Shown here: in pieces, positions 42,059 through 53,723 of the stretch
Layout: each line of letters opens with the position of its first letter
Position numbering within the stretch: position 1 is the stretch's first letter
Assembly (NCBI GenBank): GCA_046598205.1
Contig: JBKJIX010000022.1
Span: forward strand, 1 to 63,560
Source of the DNA: Chitinophagaceae bacterium
Lineage (GTDB): Bacteria > Bacteroidota > Bacteroidia > Chitinophagales > Chitinophagaceae
Direction of reading: 5' to 3'
Length of the DNA stretch: 63,560 bases
Made by a program: the position numbers and the translations under genes
The notes under the pieces: generated by a model
Database searches by the model: none
What the model saw: only the letters and a program-made list of their open reading frames with translations
Told to the model about the DNA's origin: nothing

Positions 42059-42610
42059 ATGATTGAACCCGCATCGGGCATATTACTAATAGCTGACCCC
42101 TTTCTGAAAGACCCCAACTTTCTCAGAACTGTCGTCTTTTTATGTGAACATAAGGACGAAGGCAGTTTTGGATTTGTGTTAAACCGCCAATATGAAAATA
42201 CATTGGATGAACTGATTCCTGAACTAGAAGGACATAAACTTCCGGTTTATTATGGCGGACCAGTGCAAATTGACTCTATTCATTTCCTTCATCAATACCC
42301 GACGGAAATTCCCGGTGGACAGGAAGTAATAAAAGGAGTGTATTGGGGTGGCGATTTTGATGCAGTTGTGAACCTGATAAAAAATGAAAATATAGACACG
42401 GATAAAATCCGTTTCTTTATTGGCTATTCCGGATGGAGCGAGGGCCAACTGAAAGAAGAGATGACTGAAAAAACATGGTTGACAGTAAAACCAACCCGTA
42501 AATTAATCTTTCACAACAATTATAATGAAGTGTGGAAAGACTCCCTTAAACATCTTGGAGGTGATTATGGAATGATGGTGAACTTTCCTATTGACCCACA
42601 GTTAAATTAG
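42059..42610 (+). CDS. YqgE/AlgH family protein
   Basis: DPNFLRTVV, GGPV, GYSGW..GQL. Confidence 0.92.
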   Translation: MIEPASGILLIADPFLKDPNFLRTVVFLCEHKDEGSFGFVLNRQYENTLDELIPELEGHKLPVYYGGPVQIDSIHFLHQYPTEIPGGQEVIKGVYWGGDFDAVVNLIKNENIDTDKIRFFIGYSGWSEGQLKEEMTEKTWLTVKPTRKLIFHNNYNEVWKDSLKHLGGDYGMMVNFPIDPQLN

Positions 42611-42652
42611 AACAACAAATCGCCTCCTGCTTTACTTTTAAAAAAAAAGACA

Positions 42653-43366
42653 ATGAAACGCCTTTTACTCATTTTTACAATACCCTTGTTGCTATTACTT
42701 TCTGGCTGTAGCACCTTGAAAAAATTAGGTATTATTCCTTCTGAGCTGGAAATGGCATTGGGTCTGAAAGACGGATTAACGCAAGGGCTATTTAAAGCCT
42801 TCAATGCATTTGCCGACCCCAACGGTAATCCCCTGGTACGGTTTGCCTTTCCCGGTGAAGCAGAAAAAATAGAAAAAACACTCCGGGACCTGGGCTTTGA
42901 TAAAACCATTAACCAGGTAACAGGTAAATTTACGAAAGCTATGTCGTCCGCTGTTACTGTTGCAAAGCCGCTATTCATGTCTTCTATAAAAGAGATGTCC
43001 ATAAAAGATGCTGCCAAAATCCTGGTTACTGATGATCCTCATGCTGCCACCGATTATTTCAAACAATCAATGAAGCCGGGATTAATGACAGCCTTCCGGC
43101 CAATTGTGGACAGTACTATTAAAACGGAAGGTGCAGATAAAGAATGGAGCGGCATTACCAACATTTACAACAGTATTCCTTTTATCAATAAACCATTAGA
43201 AAAAAATCTTACTGATTTTATTTCTGCCAGGGTGGTAGATTTAATGTTCGTTATGGTGGCTAATGAAGAAGAACAGATACGATCAAAGTATGAATTAAGA
43301 AAAACGGATATGATGAAGAAAGTGTTTAGCTACGCAGAACAGGAATTGAAAAAAAGAAGAATGTAG
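42653..43366 (+). CDS. DUF4197-like lipoprotein
   Basis: Lipobox LSGC; SIKDAAKIL...AATDYF...EEEQIR. Confidence 0.8.
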   Translation: MKRLLLIFTIPLLLLLSGCSTLKKLGIIPSELEMALGLKDGLTQGLFKAFNAFADPNGNPLVRFAFPGEAEKIEKTLRDLGFDKTINQVTGKFTKAMSSAVTVAKPLFMSSIKEMSIKDAAKILVTDDPHAATDYFKQSMKPGLMTAFRPIVDSTIKTEGADKEWSGITNIYNSIPFINKPLEKNLTDFISARVVDLMFVMVANEEEQIRSKYELRKTDMMKKVFSYAEQELKKRRM

Positions 43367-43391
43367 TTTTGGTAAACTGCTATTCAATAAC

Positions 43392-44120
43392 ATGAAGAAA
43401 AGTTACACTTTACTCAGCGTATTAGCCCTTGCCTTTCTTTGTTTCTCTTATACAGCGTCAAAAAAGAAAGTCAGGCTGCTGGTGTTTTCAAAAACGTCGG
43501 AATACCGCCATGCTTCCATTACAAAGGGAAAAGAAGCGATCCGGGTGCTAGCTGAAAAAAATAGTTTTACCATTGATACAACTGAAGATGCCAGTTATTT
43601 TACTAAAAAGAATTTAAAGAAATATGCGGCTGTTATTTTTCTAAGCACTACCGGAGATGTGCTGAATGAGGAACAGCAAAAGGCATTTGAAGGTTTTATC
43701 CGTTCCGGAAAAGGTTTTATGGGTATTCATGCTGCTACTGATACAGAATACGACTGGCCCTGGTTTGTAAAATTAGTGGGAGCCAATTTTTTGAATCATC
43801 CTAAACCGCAAAAGGCAAAACTCATCATTACCGATTAGACTAATTTATCTGTTATGCACTTACCCGCCACCTGGGAGAGAATGGATGAATGGTATAATCT
43901 TAAAAACATTAACCCCGGTATAAAAGTGATAATGACCATTGATGAAACAAGTTATGAGGGGGGTAAAAATGGAGCTAATCACCCAATGGCCTGGTATCAT
44001 GAATATGATGGTGGCCGTTCTTATTATACTGCACTCGGCCATACGGATGAATCATTTATTGATCCACTCTTTTTACAACACTTATTGGGTGGAATAAAGT
44101 ATGCCGGAGGCATGAAATAA
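43392..44120 (+). pseudogene. ThuA-like protein interrupted by in-frame TAG at 43836-43838
   Basis: LVFSKTSEYRHASI, GIHAATDTEY in the first half; DEWYN, HPMAW, YTALGH in the second half, same frame. Confidence 0.85.
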
Positions 44121-44162
44121 AAAAACCCTTTTGTTCCGGTACAACCGCAAAACAAAAGGGTT
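44119..44162 (-). terminator. Intrinsic terminator after atpC
   Basis: AACCCTTTTGTT...AACAAAAGGGTT with A-tract on the left. Confidence 0.75.
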
Positions 44163-44216
44163 CAAATTGTTTTCATACTATAGGAAATATCATGGTTTTC
44201 CAGTAACCTAAATTTT

Positions 44217-44492
44217 TTATTCGACCGGTACTGCACCTTCCACCAGCACCGTTACTTTATTATTAAGCACTTCTACAAATCCGCCTTGTATATCGAAATA
44301 CGCAAAATGATTTTGTCCACTGGACCCTGTGGGCTTGTCTTTCAGCACCTTTAGCCGGCCTGCTTTTAATGCACTTACCAGCGGAGCATGTTTTTCCAGC
44401 ACTTCAAACGAACCGCTGATGCCCGGCATTTGCACACCATACACTTCGCCGCTGTAAAGTTTTCTTTCTGGTGTTAGTATTTCTAAATTCAT
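44217..44492 (-). CDS. atpC: ATP synthase F1 epsilon subunit (short form)
   Basis: LEILTPE, GSFEVLEKHAPL, GGFVEV; downstream of atpD. Confidence 0.93.
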   Translation of the reverse strand: MNLEILTPERKLYSGEVYGVQMPGISGSFEVLEKHAPLVSALKAGRLKVLKDKPTGSSGQNHFAYFDIQGGFVEVLNNKVTVLVEGAVPVE

Positions 44493-44624
44493 GCCCCTAT
44501 CCCCTAAAGGGGAATTTTGAGATTAATAATGTTTCGAATTTTCTGTAATCTTGAAATCATATATGCTATAAGAAAAATCCAATATGTAGTAAAGTTTGCC
44601 AAACACCCCTTTAGGGATGGTGGC
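44493..44624. mobile_element. MITE/REPIN-like element between atpD and atpC
   Basis: GCCCCTATCCCCTAAAGGGG (44493) and inverted CCCCTTTAGGGATGGTGGC (44606-44624). Confidence 0.6.
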
Positions 44625-44627
44625 TTA

Positions 44628-46154
<1,527 letters not shown>

Positions 46155-46299
46155 TTAAGACCCAGATTGAATTGCCATTGTTTATTTGGTCAACTTTGAA
46201 AAGAGGGAATGATTTTGAGCTACACGAAGAAACAGCATCATTTTTCTATCAGAAAACAACCAGCAACCTGTAACAAGTAACCAGCCTCTTTTCAGGCGG

Positions 46300-46307
46300 C
46301 AAAGGTA
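46300..46307 (-). promoter_or_regulatory. Bacteroidota -7 element for atpD (TACCTTTG)
   Basis: TAnnTTTG on minus strand upstream of atpD. Confidence 0.55.
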
Positions 46308-46490
46308 AGGGGGTGAAGGTAATTTGCCAATTTGAAAATCAAAGATTTTCAGCTTGTGGAAAAGCATGTTAAGAACCAGTTTCACCCGGGAATAAGCTAT
46401 TGTTGGTTCCGGCTCCCGCAGAAAAGTGTACCCATTTTTAGCTTACTGTATTAATATTGGGCTTTTTTCGACTATCCTTACTTTTGCTCC

Positions 46491-47672
46491 ATGCAACTCA
46501 TAGAAGTAACAACCCCTGCACTTGCCAAAGAATTCATCCGGGTAAATGTGGAAATAAATAAAAGCAACCCCAATTATATCCATCCGCTGGAAAAAGATAT
46601 TAATGAGGTTTTTGATCCAAAAAAAAATAAAGCGTTCCGCTTTGGCGAAGCAATAAGATGGATATTAATAGATGATGCTTCGACAGGCTCAGCAGGAAAA
46701 TTGATTGGCCGCATTGCCGCCTTTAATAATAAAAAATATAAGAACAAAGGTGATGATGTGCCGGTTGGCGGTATTGGTTTTTTTGATTGCATCAATGACC
46801 AAACCGCTGCAGATATGCTTTTTGATGTGGCCAAACACTGGTTGATGCAAAAAGGTATGGAAGCGATGGACGGCCCTATCAACTTTGGTGAAAGGGACCG
46901 GTGGTGGGGATTGCTTGTAGAAGGGTTTCAGCCTCCGCCCTATTGTTTGAATTATAACAGCCCCTATTACCAGGGTTTGTTTGAAAACTATGGTTTCAAA
47001 AATTATTACAACCAGGTATGTTTTGGTCTTGACCCCCACAAAGAAATGAGCCAGAAAATATTGGACAGGCATAAACAGTTATCTCAAAATCCAGCTTATT
47101 CATCCAGCATTATTGATAAAAATAACCTGGAGAAATTTGCAGCCGACTTTGTTATAGTTTATAATAAAGCATGGGCGGGTCATGGCGGATTAAAAGAATT
47201 GAAAAAAGACCAGGTGCTTATGATGTTCAAAAAGATGAAACCGGTGATGGAGGAAGAATTGATTCTGTTTGCCTATCACAATAATGACCCCATTGCAATT
47301 TTCGTCAATCTACCCGACCTGAACCAGTGGTTTAAATACCTGAAAGGCAAATTTGACCTGTGGCACAAACTGAAATTTCTCTGGATCAAAAAAACCAGGG
47401 AAAACCGGCGGTTTACAGGCTTGGTATTTGGTGTCGTTCCGGAATTTCAGGGCATGGGTGTGGATGCTTATATTATCAATGAGATAAAGATGGTTATTCA
47501 ACCCATGAAAAAATATGACGTATATGAAATGCAATGGATTGGTGAATTCAACCCTAAAATGATGAATGTGGTGGAAAATATTGCCGACACTTTCCGCACC
47601 AGAACATTAACCACCTACCGGTATTTATTTGACAGGACGAAAGAATTTAAGCCGCACCCGGTTCTTCATTAG
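46491..47672 (+). CDS. GNAT-fold (YghO-like) protein
   Basis: GRIAAF, GGIGFFDC, GLLVEGF..YNSPYY, GVVPEFQGMG; TACTTTTG -7 element at 46479-46486. Confidence 0.75.
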   Translation: MQLIEVTTPALAKEFIRVNVEINKSNPNYIHPLEKDINEVFDPKKNKAFRFGEAIRWILIDDASTGSAGKLIGRIAAFNNKKYKNKGDDVPVGGIGFFDCINDQTAADMLFDVAKHWLMQKGMEAMDGPINFGERDRWWGLLVEGFQPPPYCLNYNSPYYQGLFENYGFKNYYNQVCFGLDPHKEMSQKILDRHKQLSQNPAYSSSIIDKNNLEKFAADFVIVYNKAWAGHGGLKELKKDQVLMMFKKMKPVMEEELILFAYHNNDPIAIFVNLPDLNQWFKYLKGKFDLWHKLKFLWIKKTRENRRFTGLVFGVVPEFQGMGVDAYIINEIKMVIQPMKKYDVYEMQWIGEFNPKMMNVVENIADTFRTRTLTTYRYLFDRTKEFKPHPVLH

Positions 47673-47761
47673 CCCCCATCCCCTAAAGGGGTGTCAGGAT
47701 TTATCAACATCGAAATGTCTTTTAGTGATACAAGTTTGGGGTTTCTTAAATTGCAGGCAGT

Positions 47762-49606
47762 ATGGAAAAATTCATTGTTTCGGCCCGTAAGTACAGACCA
47801 CAAACTTTCGACACCGTCGTAGGGCAATCGCATATTACTATTACACTTAGAAATGCAATCAAACATCAGCAACTGGCACATGCTTTTCTTTTTTGCGGAC
47901 CCAGAGGTGTAGGCAAAACTACCTGTGCAAGAATTTTAGCCAAAACCATCAACTGCGAAAATCAAACAAAAGACGGCGAAGCCTGCGACAAATGCCAGAG
48001 CTGCATTTCTTTTAATGATGGGGCTTCCATGAATTATTTTGAACTGGATGGAGCTTCCAATAATTCAGTAGATGATATACGGGAATTAGTAACACAGGTT
48101 CGCTTTGTACCACAAACAGGCCGGTACAAAGTGTATGTAATAGACGAGGTTCACATGTTAAGTTCTTCTGCATTCAATGCTTTTTTGAAAACATTGGAAG
48201 AGCCGCCGCCTTATGCCATTTTCATTCTGGCCACCACAGAAAAACATAAGATACTTCCTACTATTCTCAGCCGCTGCCAGATTTTCGATTTCAAACGCAT
48301 CACTACCAGCGATACTGTTCACCACCTGGAAGAAATTTGTGCAAAAGAAGAAATAAAATCCGACAAAGCATCACTACAGGTAATAGCACAGAAAAGCGAA
48401 GGCTGTATGCGGGATGCACTAAGTATCCTCGACAAGATTGTAAGTTTTACCAATGGCGAATTGAATTATGCCACCACTTTAGAACACCTGAACATTCTTG
48501 ATGCCGATTGTTACTTCAAGCTGTTAGAATGTATGCAGCAACAGGATTTGGCGGGTGCCATGTTGCAATATGACGATATAAACCGTAAAGGCTTTGAAGG
48601 AGACCTGGTAGTAAATGGTTTTGCCGAATTTATCCGCAACCTGCTGGTGTGTAAGGATGAGAAAGCAGCTGTTTTACTTGACGTAGTGGAAAGTTTTAAA
48701 GACAAATACATTTCCACTGCCAAAGGGGTTTCCCCTGCTCTTCTTATCAGTGCATTAAATATTTTAAGTGATTCGGAAATAACTTACAAAGCTGCCAGAA
48801 ATAAACGGCTGCATGTAGAATTGGCTCTTATCAAACTCTGCTACCTGCAACAGGCCATCCAACTTTCCGCAGAAGGAAATGGTATTAGTAAAAAAAAAGT
48901 AGTTGACAACGCAAAATCAATTGCTTTCAGGAATATTATACCATTTGCAGTGAAAGAGACAGTTGGCAGTTTGCTCCCGATAGCTATCGGGACTGCTCCC
49001 GATAGCTATCGGGACAGTTCCCGAAAGTCTGAAGAAGCAAAATTGATTATTGAAACTCCTGCCCTGGAAAAAATGATGGTGGCTGAAGAAAATGCCGGTT
49101 ATAATGAACCCGAAACCAATCCTTCAATAAGCTCAGGATTGAAACCCGAAACAACCAAACTTTCCGCCTTAGACAAAATTCGTAAGCAATATCAAACCAA
49201 TGGTGCCAATGGCAACGGAAACATTAACCATCCGTTACAGGAAGAAGAACTACAAACAGCCTGGGCTGAGTATATAATTAAATTGAAGGAAGCAAAAAAT
49301 CCGGCTGCACAACCGTTTCAACTGGCCATACTTCGGATAAAAGATGAAAACTCTTTTGAAGCCGTAACGGCCAATAATATTGAAAAGCAATTTATTGAAC
49401 AGAACAGGAATAAACTCTTTGCTTTTTTGCAGGAGAGGCTGAAAAACAAGTTGCTTCAATTCAACGTAATTGCCGAAGAAAAAACTGAAGACAGGCCACC
49501 CGTAGAAATACCGCTTTCTTCCAAAGAGCAGTTCCTGAAAATGGCTGAACAATATCCATTGGTAAAGGAACTAAAGGATCGCCTGAAACTGGAGCTGGAT
49601 TATTAA
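47762..49606 (+). CDS. dnaX: DNA polymerase III subunit gamma/tau
   Basis: ARKYRP, GPRGVGKTT, zinc Cys cluster, DEVHML, SRC; A9 run at 48890-48898. Confidence 0.97.
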   Translation: MEKFIVSARKYRPQTFDTVVGQSHITITLRNAIKHQQLAHAFLFCGPRGVGKTTCARILAKTINCENQTKDGEACDKCQSCISFNDGASMNYFELDGASNNSVDDIRELVTQVRFVPQTGRYKVYVIDEVHMLSSSAFNAFLKTLEEPPPYAIFILATTEKHKILPTILSRCQIFDFKRITTSDTVHHLEEICAKEEIKSDKASLQVIAQKSEGCMRDALSILDKIVSFTNGELNYATTLEHLNILDADCYFKLLECMQQQDLAGAMLQYDDINRKGFEGDLVVNGFAEFIRNLLVCKDEKAAVLLDVVESFKDKYISTAKGVSPALLISALNILSDSEITYKAARNKRLHVELALIKLCYLQQAIQLSAEGNGISKKKVVDNAKSIAFRNIIPFAVKETVGSLLPIAIGTAPDSYRDSSRKSEEAKLIIETPALEKMMVAEENAGYNEPETNPSISSGLKPETTKLSALDKIRKQYQTNGANGNGNINHPLQEEELQTAWAEYIIKLKEAKNPAAQPFQLAILRIKDENSFEAVTANNIEKQFIEQNRNKLFAFLQERLKNKLLQFNVIAEEKTEDRPPVEIPLSSKEQFLKMAEQYPLVKELKDRLKLELDY

Positions 49607-49684
49607 TGTATGCCCCTTTAACCATGACCATTGGCTATTCAGCATTCACTATTTTACCTTAATTTCGGCAAAAATTAAAAGGCA

Positions 49685-51364
49685 ATGGCCGATGTGATAT
49701 TAATGCCCCGACTCAGTGACACCATGACGGAAGGTGTAATAGCTGCATGGCATAAAAAAGTGGGAGATACTGTAAAAAAAGGTGACCTACTCGCAGAAAT
49801 AGAAACCGATAAAGCCACGATGGAACTGGAAAGCTATAAGGATGGCATTCTTTTACATACGGGTGGCGATAAAGGTGTAAAGATTCAGGTAGATGATTTG
49901 CTGGCTATTGTTGGTAAAGCTGGTGAAGATATTTCTTCATTATTAAAAGGGGGAGGACAGTCGGCTCCCGATAGCAATCGGGATAGCAGTCAGCAGTCGG
50001 CTCCCGAAAGCAAACAATCTACTCCTGCTCCTCAACCAACTACACAAACATCAGCTACACCATCCCTCGATGTTTCTAAAATGGACGAAGTAGTATTAAT
50101 GCCAAGACTTAGCGATACGATGGAAGAAGGTGTAATAGCTGCCTGGCATAAAAATGTTGGTGATACAGTAAAGAAAGGTGAAGTGCTGGCTGAAATAGAA
50201 ACGGATAAAGCCACGATGGAATTGGAGAGTTATAAAAACGGAACACTATTACATATAGGAGCACAGAAAGGTGAAAAAATTCCGGTAAACGGACTCCTTT
50301 GCATCATTGGTGAAAAAAGTAAAGTGGATGTGAATGCAATTGTTGCTGCGGTGAAAGGCGGGGTGAGTACAGAGCCAGGAGTTAAGAGTGAGGAGCCGGT
50401 TTCCGAAAGTTCTAATGCTGCTGCTGAGCCTGCAAAAGAAACAGTTCAAACAGTAGCTTCTTCTTCTGCGAATAATGGAAGAGTAAAAGCATCACCACTG
50501 GCAAAAAAATTAGCCGCTGAAAAAGGGATAGACATTAAAGCCATCAGTGGCTCGGGTGATGGTGGCAGAATTATAAAAGCGGATATTGATAGTTATACTC
50601 CGGCTGCCAAAGCTGATACAACAACTGTTGCAGCAAAAGCTGCCACATCAGTCGTGGTTATTCCTGCGTTTGTTGCGGGACAGGAAGGATACACGGATAT
50701 TCCCAATTCACAGATCCGGAATGTTATTGCTAAACGATTAAGTGAAAGTAAATTCAGTGCTCCGCATTTCTATCTTACGATGGAAATAAACATGGATAAT
50801 GCTATGACAGCAAGGGCACAATTAAATGAAATAAGCCCTGCTAAAATCAGCTTTAATGATCTGGTCGTTAAAGCTGCTGCATTAGCCCTCCGTCAGCACC
50901 CGGCAGTAAATGCTTCATGGATGGGCTCTGCAATTCGTCGTTACAGTCATGTTCACATTGGTATTGCTGTTGCCATCGAAGATGGATTGATTGTTCCGGT
51001 GATTCGGTTCGCCGATCAAAAAACATTACCCCAAATAGCTGCTGAAAGTAAAGAGCTGGCAGGTAAAGCAAAAAATAAAAAGTTACAGCCGAATGAATTT
51101 AGCGGCAACACATTTACTATCTCCAATCTTGGCATGATGGATATTGATGAATTTACGGCTATTATTAATCCGCCTGATAGCTGCATCATGGCAGTGGGAA
51201 GAATAAAAGAAGTGGTAGTGAAAAAAGGAGAAGGTTTTGCGGTAAGTAATTTTATGAAGATAACATTGAGTTGCGACCACCGCAGTGTGGATGGTGCAAC
51301 AGGAGCTTCCTTTCTGCAAACGTTCAAAAAATACCTGGAAAATCCGATTACGATGTTGTTGTAA
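49685..51364 (+). CDS. pdhC: Pyruvate dehydrogenase E2 dihydrolipoamide acetyltransferase (two lipoyl domains)
   Basis: Two ETDKATME lipoyl motifs, ASPLAKK binding domain, DHRSVDG. Confidence 0.95.
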   Translation: MADVILMPRLSDTMTEGVIAAWHKKVGDTVKKGDLLAEIETDKATMELESYKDGILLHTGGDKGVKIQVDDLLAIVGKAGEDISSLLKGGGQSAPDSNRDSSQQSAPESKQSTPAPQPTTQTSATPSLDVSKMDEVVLMPRLSDTMEEGVIAAWHKNVGDTVKKGEVLAEIETDKATMELESYKNGTLLHIGAQKGEKIPVNGLLCIIGEKSKVDVNAIVAAVKGGVSTEPGVKSEEPVSESSNAAAEPAKETVQTVASSSANNGRVKASPLAKKLAAEKGIDIKAISGSGDGGRIIKADIDSYTPAAKADTTTVAAKAATSVVVIPAFVAGQEGYTDIPNSQIRNVIAKRLSESKFSAPHFYLTMEINMDNAMTARAQLNEISPAKISFNDLVVKAAALALRQHPAVNASWMGSAIRRYSHVHIGIAVAIEDGLIVPVIRFADQKTLPQIAAESKELAGKAKNKKLQPNEFSGNTFTISNLGMMDIDEFTAIINPPDSCIMAVGRIKEVVVKKGEGFAVSNFMKITLSCDHRSVDGATGASFLQTFKKYLENPITMLL

Positions 51365-51393
51365 AAAGTATTACTACTTCGGGATAATTTTGT

Positions 51394-51423
51394 AAAGCTA
51401 CTCAAAAGGGTAGCTTTTTGTTT
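51394..51423 (+). terminator. Intrinsic terminator
   Basis: AAAGCTAC...GTAGCTTTTTG. Confidence 0.65.
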
Positions 51424-51567
51424 TGGCACAACGGTCTGGCAAGTTTGTTGCCGCTATCCTTTACTACTTAGAGGGTGTAAGTGTATGGCCTTAAACCAAA
51501 AAGATAAATCCAACGTTTAAAATACCCCGTAGATTTTGATGTTATATAACCAGGTAAAATCAAAACT

Positions 51568-51795
51568 ATGCAAACCGAAGAATCAGATGAGTTTCACTGG
51601 TCAATTTTGTTTTTAGTAACAGGAGTGTCTTCCTTACTTTTTAATATCGCCTTAAAGATGCTGGATGGTAATTTTTCCAGCCTGCTTTTCTTTGTTAGTG
51701 GTTTCACTGCTTTTTTTGGAATAGTAAACTGGCTGGGAAAAACGTTGGCAAGGCAAAGCGAAAAAAAGGGTAAAAGCAGTAGCTACAGTTCCTGA
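51568..51795 (+). CDS. Small two-TM hypothetical protein
   Basis: 75 aa, two hydrophobic segments, A-rich leader. Confidence 0.65.
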   Translation: MQTEESDEFHWSILFLVTGVSSLLFNIALKMLDGNFSSLLFFVSGFTAFFGIVNWLGKTLARQSEKKGKSSSYSS

Positions 51796-51798
51796 TAG

Positions 51799-53667
51799 CT
51801 ATCGGTTGCTTTTATTCTCCAGCAACACAACTTTACCATCCATGGTAGAAGCTATAAGCCGCTGTTTATCCAAAACCCTTACAGTATTCACCATTGAGTT
51901 GTCAATTTTGTAAGCCCAGTTTATTTTTCGCATAGCCGGGTCAATGGAATAGACAACACCGCTTTTTGTTCCAAAGAAAACACTGCCCTCCTTTTCAATA
52001 AGCATAGAAGGAACATGTTCATATCCAAACCCACAATGTAATTTCCAGGCGGCTGATTGTTTTTCACGGCTGGTTGTATAGGCAACGATTGTGTCCTGCA
52101 TTGTTTTTCCATATACCCATTTTCCATTTGTAGAAATACCGATTGACTCACGAACAGTGGCATCATTGTTTCTCCATAATGTTTGCCCGTCCGTACTATT
52201 AATGGCAGTAATATACCTGTCCGGTGCAACCACATATATCACTCCATCATTCGCAACAGGAATACAAGCCGCCGGAGAATAATTTCGTATGGAAGAACCA
52301 TTGTTCCATTTCCAAATAAGTGTCCCCGTTTTTTCATTGAGTGCATATAAGTTTCTGTCCCAGGCACCAAAAATTATTTTTCCTTCATATAATAGTGGGG
52401 TACTTACAACAGGACCTTCCAATCCTGAAAATTTCCATACTACATGGCCCGTTTCCAAATTCAGCTTTCTGAAAGAATGATCACTGCTTCCTATAAATAC
52501 TGTATTGCCACTTATTAGTGGTGCACCGAGAACTGCCGCTTCTGCAACAGCTTTCCATTTCAACTTTCCTGTTTTATTAGCAAGGCAGTATATAGTACCG
52601 TCGGCAGAACCAAACACCACCATACCTTTTGATACGGCCGGTGAAGAAAAAATAGAGCCTCCTGTTTGATAAGACCATTTTTGCTTTCCATTCTTTAAAG
52701 AAAGACAGATCATTTTCCCATTCTGGTTTCCCACTATCACATTATCACCATCTACTGCGGGGGTTGAAATGATATTCGCATCAGAAGAATATCTCCATTT
52801 TGCTTTTACCTGGCTGTACTTATTGTTAATACTATAATCAGGGCGGGTAAATTTTTTGTCCTTTGCAAATTGTCTTGTTTCAATTTTTAAACTTGTCCAT
52901 GATTTTAATGTTTCTCCCATATAGCTATCGGTACCGGGCTTTCTTTCTGCAAAAATCATAGAGTCAGCTCTTACATCAACCAGGTTGTAACCACCAATAT
53001 TCGCTTTTGCCCGAAGGTTTGACCGGCCCATCACACCCGGTATATCTTCAAAATTCATGGCTTTGTTGGCATGGCCATGTCCGCAAAGAATGGCCCATGT
53101 ATTGTAATGGCGAAGCCTGTCTGTTATTTCATACCAGTTGTCCAATCCATTGTCAATGGGATAGTGATTGAGAAATATGACGGGTTGCTGTGGATTTAAT
53201 TTTTTCAATTCTCCATCTAACCAGTTTACCGCATCACGGGGCACATGGCCATCACTCATCCTTAGATATGGACCAGAGGCACAACCAAGGAAACGAATGC
53301 CACTGTATTCAAAACTAAATTTATCATAACCGAATACTCTTGTAAACATTACACCGCCACTTTCACTCCAGCCTGTATCATGATTACCGGGAATGATATA
53401 CCATTTCACTTTCAAGCTGTCTAATATTTGTTTGGCCAGTTTTAATTCCTTATTGGTGCCCAGTTCTGTTATATCACCCGTCAATACAACAAAAGCAATA
53501 TCTGTCATGGCATTAATATCCCTGACAGTCCGCCGAAGATCTTCCTCCGCCGAGCCATTGGGGGAACCAATATGTGTGTCGGAAAGAAAAGCAAACCGGA
53601 AGGATTTAAATTGTGAATTTGCTGCCAGCTGGAAAAAAAGCAGGGCAATAAATAGTAATCGTTTCAT
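51799..53667 (-). CDS. Calcineurin-like metallophosphoesterase fused to PQQ/BamB-type beta-propeller
   Basis: SDTH, GDIT, GNHD, GHGH motifs; repeated SSPAV/GKxxW blades; signal peptide. Confidence 0.9.
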   Translation of the reverse strand: MKRLLFIALLFFQLAANSQFKSFRFAFLSDTHIGSPNGSAEEDLRRTVRDINAMTDIAFVVLTGDITELGTNKELKLAKQILDSLKVKWYIIPGNHDTGWSESGGVMFTRVFGYDKFSFEYSGIRFLGCASGPYLRMSDGHVPRDAVNWLDGELKKLNPQQPVIFLNHYPIDNGLDNWYEITDRLRHYNTWAILCGHGHANKAMNFEDIPGVMGRSNLRAKANIGGYNLVDVRADSMIFAERKPGTDSYMGETLKSWTSLKIETRQFAKDKKFTRPDYSINNKYSQVKAKWRYSSDANIISTPAVDGDNVIVGNQNGKMICLSLKNGKQKWSYQTGGSIFSSPAVSKGMVVFGSADGTIYCLANKTGKLKWKAVAEAAVLGAPLISGNTVFIGSSDHSFRKLNLETGHVVWKFSGLEGPVVSTPLLYEGKIIFGAWDRNLYALNEKTGTLIWKWNNGSSIRNYSPAACIPVANDGVIYVVAPDRYITAINSTDGQTLWRNNDATVRESIGISTNGKWVYGKTMQDTIVAYTTSREKQSAAWKLHCGFGYEHVPSMLIEKEGSVFFGTKSGVVYSIDPAMRKINWAYKIDNSMVNTVRVLDKQRLIASTMDGKVVLLENKSNR

Positions 53668-53723
53668 AGCAGCAAGTTACTTATTAGGCAATAAAAAAGA
53701 GGCTTTTCTAAAAGTGAAAAAAA

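Noticed and set aside
49685-50320. Internal ~240-bp duplication in the PDH E2 gene
   Set aside because: Explained by two tandem lipoyl domains.
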